The translations under genes and the position numbers were made by a program. A stretch of 64,000 nt of DNA, from NCBI GenBank assembly GCA_964016885.1, contig OZ024743.1, forward strand, positions 117,180,001-117,244,000, read 5' to 3'. Positions 28,903-42,580 of this stretch are shown here, piece by piece; position 1 is the first letter of the stretch; each line of letters starts with the position of its first letter. The notes beneath the pieces are model-generated. The model was not told the DNA's origin. It made no database searches and saw nothing but the letters and a program-made list of their open reading frames with translations. This DNA comes from Eledone cirrhosa (lineage: Eukaryota).

Positions 28903-29442
28903 TAGACAGGACGGTTCAGCGAATGTGCGTAATCAATAAAGATCTTAACGTGAAACTCGCTTTGATCTTAAAATATATATATATGTGTGTGTGTGCGTGT
29001 GTGTATATATGTGTGTGTGTCTGTGTGAGTGTGTGTGTGTGTATGTGTGTTGTATGTGTGTTGTGTGTGTGTGTGTGGAAATATCTACCTAAAAACATAT
29101 ACCCCAAGAGATAATATTGTAAAATTAGTAAGGAAACGAAGGTTTCGAGAAATTACTTCAATATTACAGAGTAAAACACACATGTATTTAAATGAGCTAT
29201 ATTTTAAGAGTAATCTCACTGGTTGACTAATTCCTCTTCAAATAAATAATATGTAATGAAACGATTAATGCAAGATGAAATAAGGCGACAGTTGATAAGA
29301 TACTTTAGCAGTACTGTCCAATAAATTTCTTTAAAACAGTATGTTTATAAAATTATTAGTTGTCATAAAATTCCCACGTTATGTGCTTTATGATAACACT
29401 AATAAGACATGCTTGAAATTTAGGGCTGTTTAGATATTCGCG

Positions 29443-29515
<73 letters not shown>

Positions 29516-30480
29516 TTTCTTTATTAACCATAAGGGTTTACATAAAGTAGACATTAAGGACAGTGCAGGACAATACAGGACGGTACAAATGGGCATTTCT
29601 GCGTGTAAAAAACAAAAACAGAGGATGTAACAAAAATAACAATGAAAATAACAATGAAGAATTACCCAATAGGGGGGAGACTTCGGAGGGACATTTGTGG
29701 AGAAAGCCCAGTAAAAAGCCACAATGACCCTGACCACCAAGGCAAGTGCCCTCTCCCAGTTTTCCACCTTTAATTTACAGATATATACTCAGAGTAGGCC
29801 CATTCACTCGGGCCATTCTTGCTTCTCTCACCCATCTTTCAACAAAATGCTGGGAAGAGAGCACTTCCCTCTCTACTCTGATTTTCCTTTTCAAATGAAA
29901 TTTGAAAAAGTCAATCAGAGCATCACCGAAGAGGTAAGTGCTCGTCTTCAGCCCTTTCAAACGTGTCCACCATACTATCTCTTTCACCATGGCCACCAGG
30001 CAGATAAAAACTGCCTGCCCTTCCCGGCTAAAGGAGGAGGGCGGGGCAATCCTCACGATGGACTCAGATGATAGCCGGATCCGTCCTAAACGCGACAGCA
30101 GGTGTTCGACATAAACCCACAAGTCAGCAATTTTCGGACACTGGACGAGTGCGTGCAGGACGGTTTCGTCGCCCTGCGCGCATCTCGGACATGCCCGGCT
30201 GACGGCACCTCCATGCCTGTAGAGTTTATCCCGAACTGGTAAGGCTCCTCGGTAGCACTGCCAGGCCAGAGATTTCTGGAAGTTGTCCATAGGCCCCGGC
30301 CCGAAAGTTCTTCCGAAGAGATTGGCTAGTTGATTTTCGTCGACGCCTAGAGTTTCCCCAAGTACGTCGTCGCTCTTCCCCTCCACTAATCCTCTATAGA
30401 ACGCCGAGGTGGAGTTTCCACCGATCACATTGCCCGATTGGTCGAGGGCTGTGAGCGCCTGAAGACATTCCAGTCTCCAA
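29443..30480 (-). mobile_element. L1/Tx1-clade LINE 3' fragment with CCHC zinc finger and (ATT)n tail
   Basis: open frame 29775-30480 AWQCYRGALPVRDKL...CPRCAQGDETVLHALVQCP; 3' UTR ending AATAAAGAAATC(ATT)n. Confidence 0.9.
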
Positions 30481-30506
30481 ATAATAATAATAATAATAAT
30501 AATAAT

Positions 30507-31200
30507 AATTGTTTCTACTTTTGGCTCAAGGCCAGCAATTACCCAGTACATTGCTGGTACTTTATTTTATCGACCCCGTATGGATGAATGGTATAGTTAA
30601 CCTCGGCGGGATTTGAACTCAGATCATAAAGGGATGTAACTATGCTGGAAAGCATGTCCGACCCTCTACCGATACTGCAAAATAATAATTGTTTCTACGT
30701 TTGGCATATGGCCAGCAATTACCCAGTGCATTACTGGTACTATATTTTATCGATCCCGTAAGGATGTAAGGCAAAGTTAACTTCGGCAGGATTTGAACTC
30801 AGAATGGCAAGGGCCGTAACTATATACGTCAAAGCATAGCGTCCGACCCTCTACCGATACTGCCAAATAATAATTGTTTCTACGTTTGGCATATGGCCAG
30901 CAATTACCCAGTGCATTACTGGTACTATATTTTATCGATCCCGTAAGGATGTAAGGCAAAGTTAACTTCGGCAGGATTTGAACTCAGAATGGCAAGGGCC
31001 GTAACTATATACGTCAAAGCATAGCGTCCGACCCTCTACCGATACTGCCAAATAATAATGATTTCATTTATTAGCCACAAGGGCCGACATGTAGGGGACA
31101 ATAATAATAATAATAATTGTTTCTACTTTAGGCATCAGACCAGCAATTTGAAAGCAAAGGAAAAGACGATTAAATCGAGTGTATTTTATTTGATCGACCA
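30507..31200 (-). mobile_element. Head-to-tail SINE array (30507-30680, 30687-30866, 30872-31051, 31115-31200) plus a short Tx1 3' tip (31057-31100)
   Basis: family consensus; middle two copies identical with a 185-bp period; units separated by (AAT)n. Confidence 0.9.
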
Positions 31201-31469
31201 CGATACTGTCGATCCAACCCCCATAATAGTAATGATAATAAGTGAGGAAGAAGTTGTGTGCACTTACCAAATGTTTGGGGAATGAGTGTGAGATTTGTCT
31301 TGAGCCAGGGTGGCAGTATAACTGGAGGCAGCAGACACGCCAGACATACAGACATATATTATAAGGGCGCGTCCTGGACGCAGAGCGAATTGTAGGAAGT
31401 AATGCAGACAGCCAGACATATAGACAGATATTATAAGGGCACGACGTTATATGCATGTATCTATCTAAA

Positions 31470-31676
31470 AAGAGTAAGACTAAAAATTATAGAGAGAGAG
31501 AGATCGCTAAATCGCCTAATGCGATCCCCAGGGCATTGAAAATTTAATTTCTTTTGGCTTAGAACACTCCCTGAAACATAAGTATTACATGTTTAAAGTT
31601 TGAAAACAGAGGGTTGGGTGCTTCTCTAGTTTTAGGGATTCAAACTCACACACACAGAGACAGACATCCTCAGTTT

Positions 31677-31690
<14 letters not shown>
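31470..31690 (-). mobile_element. Possible non-autonomous Helitron 5' end
   Basis: minus strand TATATACAAAACTGAGGATGTCTGTCTCTGTGTG...CCCTAAAACTAGAGAAG resembles Helitron 5' termini. Confidence 0.4.
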
Positions 31691-31768
<78 letters not shown>

Positions 31769-32217
31769 ACGGGTATAGAGAATGGTGAGGTAAAATGTGT
31801 GTTTATGTTTATATGTGTAAGAGAGAGGGGTATTGAGAAGGGGATATGGAAAACAATCGATACCAGTACTGGTCTGGTACATTTTTTTTTTTATCGAACT
31901 CGAAAAAGTGAAGAACAAAGTTGGCCCGGATCGGATTTCAAAAACAAATACCGTAAAACATTATATCTGATGTTTGCAAGGTCAGTACCAATTCACCGCA
32001 TTGAATATAGAAGACAAGATACATTTCTTTCGAATATCATAATAAATTCAGTTTGTGGGCCATTAAAATACACTAGACAGGTAAAGAAAATATGCTGAAC
32101 GGCTTCTTATTCCTTCATTTTTCTTGAACTTTGCATGAATAACGTACATGGATATACATACGATTTACAACCTTTTTATCGATATTTAACCGTTTTAATA
32201 ATATAAAAATTAAACAC

Positions 32218-32448
<231 letters not shown>

Positions 32449-32478
32449 AGATCAAAAGATGGTTAAAAGAGTTCCAAG

Positions 32479-32549
32479 TATTTTAGTATGCGCATTTCAA
32501 AAACAAATATCATCCTGAGATGATATCTGCGTTTTCATCAGATAAAATA
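32479..32549 (-). ncRNA. Type I hammerhead ribozyme within TA-flanked element 32444-32707
   Basis: tattttat-CTGATGA-aaacgcagatatcatc/gatgatatttgttttt-GAAA-tgcgca-TA-ctaaaata; palindromic stem III ATGCGCAT. Confidence 0.8.
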
Positions 32550-32703
32550 GGGATACATGATATGAAGGTTAAAAATCACTTGTGAATAGTGAAGTTTTAA
32601 ATCAACATATGAAAATTAATTTAAGATTGATGTGTGATATTGGGAAAAAGTGAGGGGGGTTGGAAAGGGTTGCTTTATTGTGCTACAATAAAACTCACCT
32701 CCT

Positions 32704-32785
<82 letters not shown>

Positions 32786-32972
32786 TATTTGTATGTGAGT
32801 GTGTGTGTGTATGTACATATATATATATCTATTTATTTCTATCTATATATCTATATATGTATATATATATATATCAATAATTCCCTCGATCCGTTAACAA
32901 AATCAATCAAAGAAAATATTTAAATTAAATAATGTATGAATAGCATAGTGTTTAATTTTTACATTTGTGTGT

Positions 32973-33054
<82 letters not shown>

Positions 33055-33062
33055 GTGTGTGT

Positions 33063-33730
33063 GTATAAGACCTCCCTGTATAGATAAGAAATGTATAATC
33101 TGTAAATTAAGCCACCATATTAACTGTAAAACTAGAAATGTAATATATAGCATAAGATGTACTGAAGGACAATGTAGAGATAAAAAGATAGTGTTCATAG
33201 GTGAGACAGCTCGTAGTATAGTGGAAATTATAAATGAACACTGGCAAGACCTTCAAGATAGTAAATAATCATCTGTACTCTACCAACATGCTAAAATAGA
33301 ACATAAGGGTAAATTAGAGAACATAGAAATAAAAATAGAATCTACACACAGAAAAGACGCAATATTTAGACAAATCACAGATGCAATAAACATAAATGAA
33401 CTCCAACCAAAATTAAATAGAAAACATGAATGGAACAGCAACATCACAACTTACAATTAAGGACAAAATGAAAACATACACGCACATAGAACAAACAACC
33501 AACCAGTAACATGTAAATAAACAAATAAATAAACGAATATAAACACACACAGACACCCGGATGTAACACATGCGCAAACTAAGCACGCAACACACACACA
33601 AAAAAAAAGATAGCGTAGGACAGAACACAGGAGAGGCACAAAAACAAAGAAAAGAATCCCAAGTCACTGAAGAGGTCACAGAATGTGAGACAAAAGAACT
33701 TTTACAATATATAAACAATCATCTGGTTGT
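33063..33730 (+). mobile_element. Penelope-like element 3' fragment, GIY-YIG pseudogene
   Basis: CIDKKCIIC..NCKTRNVIYSIRC...FIGETARS...NEH..*SSVLYQH..EH...RQITDAINI...PKLNRKHEW; degenerate CTGAAGA-ggtcac..gtga at 33666. Confidence 0.85.
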
Positions 33731-33732
33731 GG

Positions 33733-33917
33733 AACCAACCAACAAACCGGAAATTTATAGATTCCTAAATTTATAAATTTATTATAATAAATTGAAGTGA
33801 AAGCAATTGGTGCGTGTGTTTCTTATTGGCAACATGACCCTCCCAAAGTATAACAATATCGGTTTCAACACACGTTTTCAGATAAAGAGTCTTGCTAAAC
33901 AAATTCAGAAACGAACT
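33733..33917. mobile_element. TA-associated short element, family J (also 36938-37027 and 38365-38545)
   Basis: near-identical about 180-bp copies ending CAGAAACGA next to (TA)n; the 36938 copy is reversed with an internal foldback. Confidence 0.85.
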
Positions 33918-34000
33918 ATAAATATATATATATATATATATGCATGCATATATATGTGTGTGTGCATTTATACATGCTTGCGCACACACATATAGATATA

Positions 34001-34253
34001 TGATGGCGGCATCTCGGTTTCATGAATTGCCATCCCTTGATCCCCCTCACACACGTGAAAGGTATTTAGCTCAAGGGTTGCCTGTTTAACCGAAGCTTTA
34101 TTAAGTGATGAAAGGCAATGCAGTGGGCCAATTCAACTCCCCGAACAACAGTAACAGTTATTCAAAAGGAAGAACAGGTCAACACCATTGGCAGGTTTTA
34201 CATCAGAGTTTTTCGCCTTGTACGATGTCCTTCAACGGACTAAGGGCCTGTCA
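34001..34253 (-). mobile_element. Old diverged family K copy
   Basis: AAAAGGAAGAACAGGTCAACACCATTG...GCAGGTTTTACATCAGAGTTTT matches 28300-28400. Confidence 0.55.
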
Positions 34254-34842
34254 CTATTAGTGGTCTAACCACGCGTTCGTACACACAGACATATATATTT
34301 ATGTACTTGTGTGTGGATATGTGTGTGTTTGTGTGTGTGTCTCTGTGTGTGTGCTTAAAAGGTGGTGAGAGGAATTTGAAATTGAATTATAATTAAATTT
34401 CGCCGTATCTTTGTCTAAAGAAAATAGTCTTATTCTTATTATATATATATATATATAAATATATATATGTGTGTGTGTGTGCGCGCGCACGAGACTGAGG
34501 TGGGGGTGTAAGTGCGTATAAAGATATTACACGAAAATACATTTAAGGGACGAGGGAATAGTGAAAAAAAGATTATAGTACAATATATTTGTAGATTTAG
34601 GGAAGGAATAAGATATTTAATATTTGCCAATTAATTATTGATATTGTAATAGTATTCATAATGTTTTATTTACTAATTATTTTCAACCACATAAGTAACA
34701 TTTTAATTAGACTCTATGTCGCCTTATTTACCTTGTTTGCGTATTTATTATAAAATAAAATTATGGAGGCTTTACTAGTAATATTAAAAAATCTTAATTA
34801 TTATTGCAATTCCTATTCTATATATTAATTCTGTTCAACCAG

Positions 34843-34945
34843 GTTACAGGGGTTCCTACTGTAGCAACAATTTTATCTCCCCAGTGAAAGAAAAGAACTG
34901 TCTACAATCTTCTGAATATATCTTTATGCTAGTCTGTTATTGGTG
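34843..34945 (+). CDS. Candidate exon starting with an EGF-like GYRGSYC motif
   Basis: ttctgttcaaccag acceptor; phase-1 frame GYRGSYCSNNFISPVKEKNCLQSSEYIFMLVCYW; donors gtgagg (34946) or gtaata (34951). Confidence 0.3.
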
Positions 34946-35177
34946 GTGAGGTAATATTGTTATTTTTCTAACCAGTTATTTTATTTTATGGTCAACAAAA
35001 ACGGAATATGCAATAGGCCGTTTGGAAACTGCGTCCTTAATATCTATATTTCACAACATATTTTCTATTTCACTATTATGCAATAGTGAAATAGTAATCA
35101 ATATTTATCAGTAATCAATATAATATACAAAAACAGACGCTTTAAAATACTCTAAGAATTGAAGATATTATCAAAAT

Positions 35178-35369
35178 AATTGTTTCTACTATAGGCACAA
35201 GGCCAGCAATTACCCAGTACATTACTGGTACTTTATTTTATCGACCCCGTAAGGATGAAAGGCAAACTTAATCTCGGCGGGATTTGAACTCAGAATGGCA
35301 AGGGCCGTAACTCTATGCGTCAAAGCATGGCGTCCGACCCTCTACCGATACTGCCAATTCACCGCCCTT
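35178..35369 (-). mobile_element. SINE full length with TSD
   Basis: family consensus; flanking ATATTATCAAAATAAT at about 35164-35180 and 35371-35386. Confidence 0.9.
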
Positions 35370-35519
35370 TATATTATCAAAATAATGATATCATAGTTCC
35401 TAATACACAGTTTTTAAAATGTTAGAAAGGTCTGTATCCATAGAACATTATACATACGTTATGTATGTACATCAGATTATGTGCTTACTGGACATGAGAT
35501 CCAATTACCGATCGATAAT

Positions 35520-35740
35520 AATGGTTTCTACTATAGGCACAAGACTAGCAATTTGGGGGGAGCGGAAAGTCGATTAAATCGACCCAGTGCGTGACTGGTA
35601 CTTTATTTTATCGACCCCGTAAGAATGAAAGGCAAAGATAACCTCGGCGGGATTTGAACTCAAATCATAAAGGGCCCTAACTCTATGCTGCAAAGTATGT
35701 TGTCCGACGCTCTACCGATACTGGCAATCGGCCGCCCTTG
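35520..35740 (-). mobile_element. SINE long variant with TSD
   Basis: extra segment GTCGATTTAATCGACTTTCCGCTCCCCC on the minus strand; flanking CCGATCGATAATAATG on both sides. Confidence 0.9.
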
Positions 35741-37020
35741 CCGATCGATAATAATGACTAGTAATACAATACCCTCACCACATCACCACTAATATCATGA
35801 AATAGCCGAAATCTATATTTAAAAGACTGATATATGTAAGCAAATCCTTTCCTCAAATGATTCAAATCACATGCGTGTCTCGAGTAAATTGATATCTATT
35901 TTAATATTAATATTTGCGTGTATATTCATTCGCCAGTCGGCGCAGGCGAACTGTAAATAGAGTCAATTGCATGACGTTTCCTGATCATATGTATCCATGA
36001 ACTAAGGATATTATACTTAACTTCAAGGAGTAAATTAGGAAGATTTCACTAGCCGACCGTCGGTAACGAAACTTGCTGGCAGAATCTACCACCTGCAATA
36101 CTATGATAAACGCATTACAGCATATTATTGATTTCGTTTTTCCCTATTAAAAGTAATAGTTTCCTTTACATTTATATTACTTTCTTACACGTTTTATAAA
36201 GAGTCTTAATCTCTTGCTGATTACACAGCAGCGCATCTGCCATCAATCAGTAGTGCGGTTGCACAACAAGCAATAGAGAAGTGATTCAAGTCCAACCTAT
36301 ATGCATATTCCTGTTTACTACCTCAAACAAGGGCTCATAAAGTATACTGCCAATCCTAGCATTTAATGCATAACGTTTCCAGAATGATTTGTAAAAACGG
36401 AATACGTCATTATAGTATAATATAATACACAGGACAGCGTGTTAGCAGAACATTTTCAGTATTGTCTAAATTTGACTTGCGAAGATTATACATATGTAAA
36501 ATGTTGCAATGTGTTGTTCCATGATAGTATCCTCTACATTTTATATGCTATTTAACATATATATATGGCTGGGTGTGCGTGCGTGTGTGTATGTATGTAT
36601 GGATGTGTGTATGTATGCATGTATGTTTGTGTGTAAGCGAGCATGTATTATTTACCTTCTATTTTATCATAAACAATATAGAGAAATAGAAAGAATTATT
36701 AGTTAATAAATGCCTTAATTCTTTTCTTTGTATACAAACTATAAATATATAACTGCTGGACCCTCATTGCATTGAGCTGAAAAATACACCTAGTAAATGA
36801 TTATATTCACTCTCATTAATATTATATTATAATATTAGTATTATTATTATTATTATTATTGTTCTTATTATCATATATATACATATATACATACATACAC
36901 ACATATATGTGTTTATATATATATATATATATATATATTTCGTTTCTGAATTTGTTTAGCAAGATTCTTTATCTGAAATCGTGTGTTGAAACCGATATTG
37001 TTATGACCCTCCCAAAGTAT

Positions 37021-37071
<51 letters not shown>

Positions 37072-37680
37072 GCGAAGAAATACTAATGAAATTCAGCAGA
37101 TTACTGATGATGGACAGTCCCGTTTCTCGGTCTATTTTCATTCATATATGTATATATATTTATATATATGTATATAATATTGGCAAGTAGTTATAGACAT
37201 TTGATTGATATATAAAACAAAGAGTTATAAACCAACTATTGTTTTTGATGGAGTATGAAGTACCAAAGGAGAAAGATGTTATCTTCTAAAATGTGTATCG
37301 ATCAAAAATTCAATTAAATTGACAATTGGATACTGTTAGTTCTATCAGAGCTAACTAGAAAATTGTTTAAATATTTTATTTATAAGCTGCTTTCTCATAT
37401 ATCACATCTAATAGACGAACGACATGCATTAGATGATAGGAATCTATGTATATTTCATTCAAAAGTGAAGAGATGGTTAGAGCTCCTATGATTTCAACCA
37501 TAAAGTCTGGTTGACTAGGATTGTCTTGGCGGTGGCAAATAACAAATTAAAAGTGGTGCCAATGTACATTACACAAAACACACCTAAACTAGTAAAATTC
37601 AACAGGCTACAAGTAGCGTCAAGATAGCCTCTACATTTATAATTAGGTATCTCTATATTTAATCTACATGCATGCTTATT

Positions 37681-38301
37681 CTTCTTCGCACACTTATTCC
37701 TAAGAGGGTTGGGGGAGGTCAGTCCGAAAACACTCCTTCCAGGGGGATCCTGTCAGAAGAAACCGTCTCCAACTAATCTGGCTGTATCCCAAAGTGAGAC
37801 CAGCCAAGCTCATGGATGTGATCCAACAAGCTTGATAGGGATCTAATCCATGCTGTCCTGACGGCTGGTTTTGTCCGTAAAATCGTTTTCGAGTACGTAA
37901 AATCGTTTTCGAGTACGGCCACTACTTTATATCCATGTAGGAGAACCCCTACCGATGCGCCGAACGAGTGTGACTTTTTAGTCCAGCCAGCGACTTGAAA
38001 ACTCTGGTACAAACACTGCACTTGTGACAATTATTGACACATAGTGCTGGGCCCATGGTACCATGTGAGGACAAGTGCAGAGGGATCTCCAGATATAAAG
38101 CAATGCCTGTGCCGTGAAGCTTTTATAGTGAGCAAAAGCACTGCACTAAGCCAGTGCCACTCTCTTAACCAAGATGATATTTACCAAAAAGAAGAAGAAG
38201 TCAACATCATTGGATACCATCAGGGATGCAGGTGTTATATCACAGGTTTCCCTCTCCTAGAATTCTGCCTTGACAAAGGCTAAGGGGTCATCTCTCCCGG
38301 A
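37681..38301 (-). mobile_element. Bipartite RTE derivative: family K 5' part joined to an Expander/Rex3-like 3' end
   Basis: 37705-37890 homologous to the RTE 3' ends at 57856 and 61730; 37900-38301 is family K; short (GAA)n tail. Confidence 0.75.
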
Positions 38302-38548
38302 TATATATATACACACATATATACATGCATATATATTATATATACATATGCATATATACATATTACCAACCAACCAACCGGAAATTTATAAATTCCTAAA
38401 TTTATAAATTTATTATAATAAATTGAAGTGAAAGCATTTGGTGCATGTGTTTCTTATTGGCAACATGACCCTCCCAAAGTATAACAATATCGGTTTCAAC
38501 ACACGTTTTCAGATAAAGAATCTTGCTAAACAAATTCAGAAACGATAA

Positions 38549-38611
<63 letters not shown>

Positions 38612-38644
38612 CATATATATATATATGTATATATATGTATATAC

Positions 38645-38694
<50 letters not shown>

Positions 38695-38702
38695 GTATAT
38701 AC

Positions 38703-38773
<71 letters not shown>

Positions 38774-38875
38774 TAATATCTATATTACTCTTTAACTCTT
38801 TTACCCTTTACCTGTTTCATCCATCCGGCTGAAGCCATGATATGCATATGTATATATATATATAATATATATGTA

Positions 38876-38981
38876 TGTCGCTGGCTGGACTAAAATGTCA
38901 CATTCGTTCAGCGCATCGCTAGGGGTTCTCCTACATGGATATAAAGTAGTGGCCGTACTCGAAATCGAGATGGCAGCCGCC
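38876..38981 (+). mobile_element. Family K terminal fragment
   Basis: reverse complement of about 28006-28110. Confidence 0.85.
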
Positions 38982-38992
38982 ATATATATACA

Positions 38993-39109
<117 letters not shown>

Positions 39110-39278
39110 GGAATGTAGGAATGTGACACACGAGTTGATAAATACAAACAGAAAATATCCGAATAGGGCTCGATAAGGAATGTATATACACATATATATA
39201 ATCATATATGGACCAGGATATATCCTAGAGGTTGAAAGCAGAAATTATTTGCTTTATTTTTCTTTAATCTGTACTACT

Positions 39279-39314
<36 letters not shown>

Positions 39315-39410
39315 TGTGGAGGGGTGTATGTATGTGTGTGCGTGTGTATAGTAAAATGAATGAAATCATTGGTACAGTTACCTATATTTTAAAAAAAAGA
39401 AAAAGAATGC

Positions 39411-39534
39411 CTTCACTTGTAATTCTAAACAATTTAATTATATAATATTATGATTTTACAATTTGTTTTTGTAGAACCAAATTGTAAAATCATAATATAA
39501 AATTAAATTAAATTGTTTAGAACTACAAGTGAAG
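39411..39534. repeat. Foldback (about 55-bp arms)
   Basis: CTTCACTTGTAATTCTAAACAATTTAAT...ATTAAATTGTTTAGAACTACAAGTGAAG. Confidence 0.85.
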
Positions 39535-39625
39535 TAATTCTTCACCTGTTTTTTCACTCTCAAGCGTGAGCCTAATACTAACAATTTGTACTGCACTCTT
39601 CGCTTTGTTTTTGTTTTCTGTTTTA

Positions 39626-39785
<160 letters not shown>

Positions 39786-40050
39786 GAGTTAAACAATATT
39801 CGATGAGTATTTCAAAGAATGAGTTTTACAGTAGATTGGAAGCACTCTATGAATAATAATTTTCCAGTTATTAATATTAAAATACAAATATTAATAAAAT
39901 AGATGTTCTTTTTATCGTTTATTATTATCGTTTAATACTACGTTTTCGCATTTTCTCATTATTAGGGTATAAATGTTAATCTTTCTCTTAGGTTAATCAC
40001 TACCTTGATTAAATTTTAACCATTTAACATCTCAGGGTATGTCATATATC

Positions 40051-40113
40051 ATTATAGTTTGTCTGATGAGGACGTACTGTTGTACATCCGAAATATGTAT
40101 AATAGAATGTAAT
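40051..40113 (+). ncRNA. Type I hammerhead ribozyme in a TA-flanked foldback element (39781-40160)
   Basis: attatagtttgt-CTGATGA-ggacgtac-tgtt-gtacatcc-GAAA-tatgta-TA-atagaatgtaat; inverted arms 39875-39916/40116-40157. Confidence 0.85.
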
Positions 40114-40153
40114 TGATATAAAGAACATCTATTTTATTAATATTTGTATTTTA

Positions 40154-40221
<68 letters not shown>

Positions 40222-40224
<3 letters not shown>

Positions 40225-40412
40225 AACCAGTAAGACCCCGACAGCTGAGCTCAAGCCGTTTCGACGGCTAATTCTGGTCCAGAATTAGCCGTCGAAACGG
40301 CTTGAGCTCAGCTGTCGGGGTCTTACTGGTTCCTATTACCCACTCTACTACCTCAAGTATTGAGTACTTTGGTGCGTTATGGTCCACCTGGTTCCTTACC
40401 ACATTTCCTTCG

Positions 40413-40414
<2 letters not shown>
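40222..40414. mobile_element. Family B element with foldback
   Basis: hairpin centred on AATTCTGGTCCAGAATT. Confidence 0.9.
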
Positions 40415-40452
<38 letters not shown>

Positions 40453-40997
40453 GATTGCTACTTTGTATGCAAATATTCTCACATGAAAATATCGTACATG
40501 CATAAATAGAAACATATAAATACATCAATTGTATAATTTGCCGGAATTATTGTATTGTCTTCCTGAATATTTAGTCGTACGTGTATCTTGGTGTTTCTTC
40601 ATGAGACAGTATGCATGATCCTGTATTGCAGATAATATTTTCGATTCATTTATACGAAAGAATATATAAGACAACATAAGTTTCAAAGAAATGTATTATT
40701 ATGTTAATTAAATGGAAGAAAAACTGATTAATTAATATTCTTAAAATTCTTAAGTTTACCAAAAAATGCAATAATGAAACACCTTTTATATATAAAGCGT
40801 GTTGTGGGCGAATACGGTAATTACTTTACATATATCAGCAAGGAAATCTCGTAGATATATACTTACACACGCACACATATAAATACATATACAAACACAC
40901 ACACACACACACACATATGAATATTATATATATATGAATATAAATATATATACGTACAAATCTTTGTATATATGTATATATATATATATATATATAT

Positions 40998-41190
40998 AAG
41001 TTATTCCGGGTTGAATCGGGAGTAACCATAGTAAGTGAGATACTCAATACATATCAGAGTATAACACTTTTAATATCGGAGAGCTTCTACAGTAATACAA
41101 CTGTTTCATACGAAGAGAAATCATCAGCTGATGTTTTCTCACGAATGAAACTGTTCTAGTCCTGTAGAAGCTCTTCTATATTAAAACTTA
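40998..41190. mobile_element. Foldback hammerhead element, family G (second copy 43643-43770)
   Basis: hairpin centred on TCATCAGCTGATG; CTGATGA-tttctcttcgtat-GAAA-cagt on the minus strand; 43643-43770 is the reverse-complement homologue. Confidence 0.8.
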
Positions 41191-41308
41191 TATATATATA
41201 TATGTATGTATATATATTTACATATATATTTTATTTTTTATGTATCTCACTATATATTTGTATGTATTTATATACCTATATGTTTATATGTATACACACA
41301 CATGTAGT

Positions 41309-41493
41309 GCGGTGGATTGGCAGTATCGGTAGAGGGTCGGACGCCATGCTTTGCAGCACAGTTACGTCCATTTACGATCTGAGTTCAAATCCCGCCGAGG
41401 TTGACTTTGCCTTTCATCCTTACGGGGTCGATAAAATAAAGTACCATTAATGCACTGGGTAATTGGCTGGCATTGTTCCTGAAGTAGAAACAA
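41309..41493 (+). mobile_element. SINE full length
   Basis: family consensus; flanking TATATGTATACACA. Confidence 0.9.
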
Positions 41494-41506
41494 TATATGT
41501 ATACAC

Positions 41507-41539
<33 letters not shown>

Positions 41540-41757
41540 TATATAAACATATATATATATGCAAAACACTAACGGATAACGATATAGTAAATAAAATCTA
41601 TTTCAGTATATCCTTAGAAAGTTTTTCATTCCGCGAGAAAGAAGTGTGTATTTAAAGAGATTTCAAATTATTTAAAGAATTGAATATAAATATTCTAAAC
41701 TATATATATATATATAAATTCGTAGACATGTACATATATATATATAAATACACATAA

Positions 41758-41813
<56 letters not shown>

Positions 41814-41874
41814 GTATGAATATATATATTTATGTACGAATATATATATATATACATTTATATATATACATACG

Positions 41875-41908
<34 letters not shown>

Positions 41909-42027
41909 CATATACATATATTTATATATATATACATATACATATATATATATAAATGTATATATATATATATATTCATACATAAATATATATATATTCA
42001 TACATGCATATATATATATATATATAT

Positions 42028-42101
<74 letters not shown>

Positions 42102-42226
42102 TTATGTGTGTTTATATATATATATATATCTACATGTCTACGAATTTATTCGTTTCTACACAAAAACGACGTTAACGATTACGCAAGGACATAAAGTTAT
42201 ACATTCATACTTGTCACCCCCTCTCT

Positions 42227-42268
<42 letters not shown>

Positions 42269-42419
42269 TTCACTCTCTCACTCTCTCTCACTCTCTCTCT
42301 GTCTCTCTCTGTCTCTCTCTCTCTCCCTCTCTCTCACACACATCAACAAATCTGTAAATATGAAAATAACTTTGATATATATATATATATATATAATTTG
42401 ATATATATATATACATATA

Positions 42420-42459
<40 letters not shown>

Positions 42460-42543
42460 TATGTGTGTGTGTGTTTATATATACATACCTATATATATAT
42501 ATGTATTTATATATGTATATGTTTATATGTACACCCCCCCCCC

Positions 42544-42580
<37 letters not shown>

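Noticed and set aside
30507-31051. Regularly spaced repeats suggesting a CRISPR-like array
   Set aside because: Units are whole SINEs with no unique spacers, and the context is eukaryotic.
35860-36260. Cluster of E-box and TGACGT motifs in unique sequence
   Set aside because: Short motifs expected by chance; no independent support for a regulatory element.
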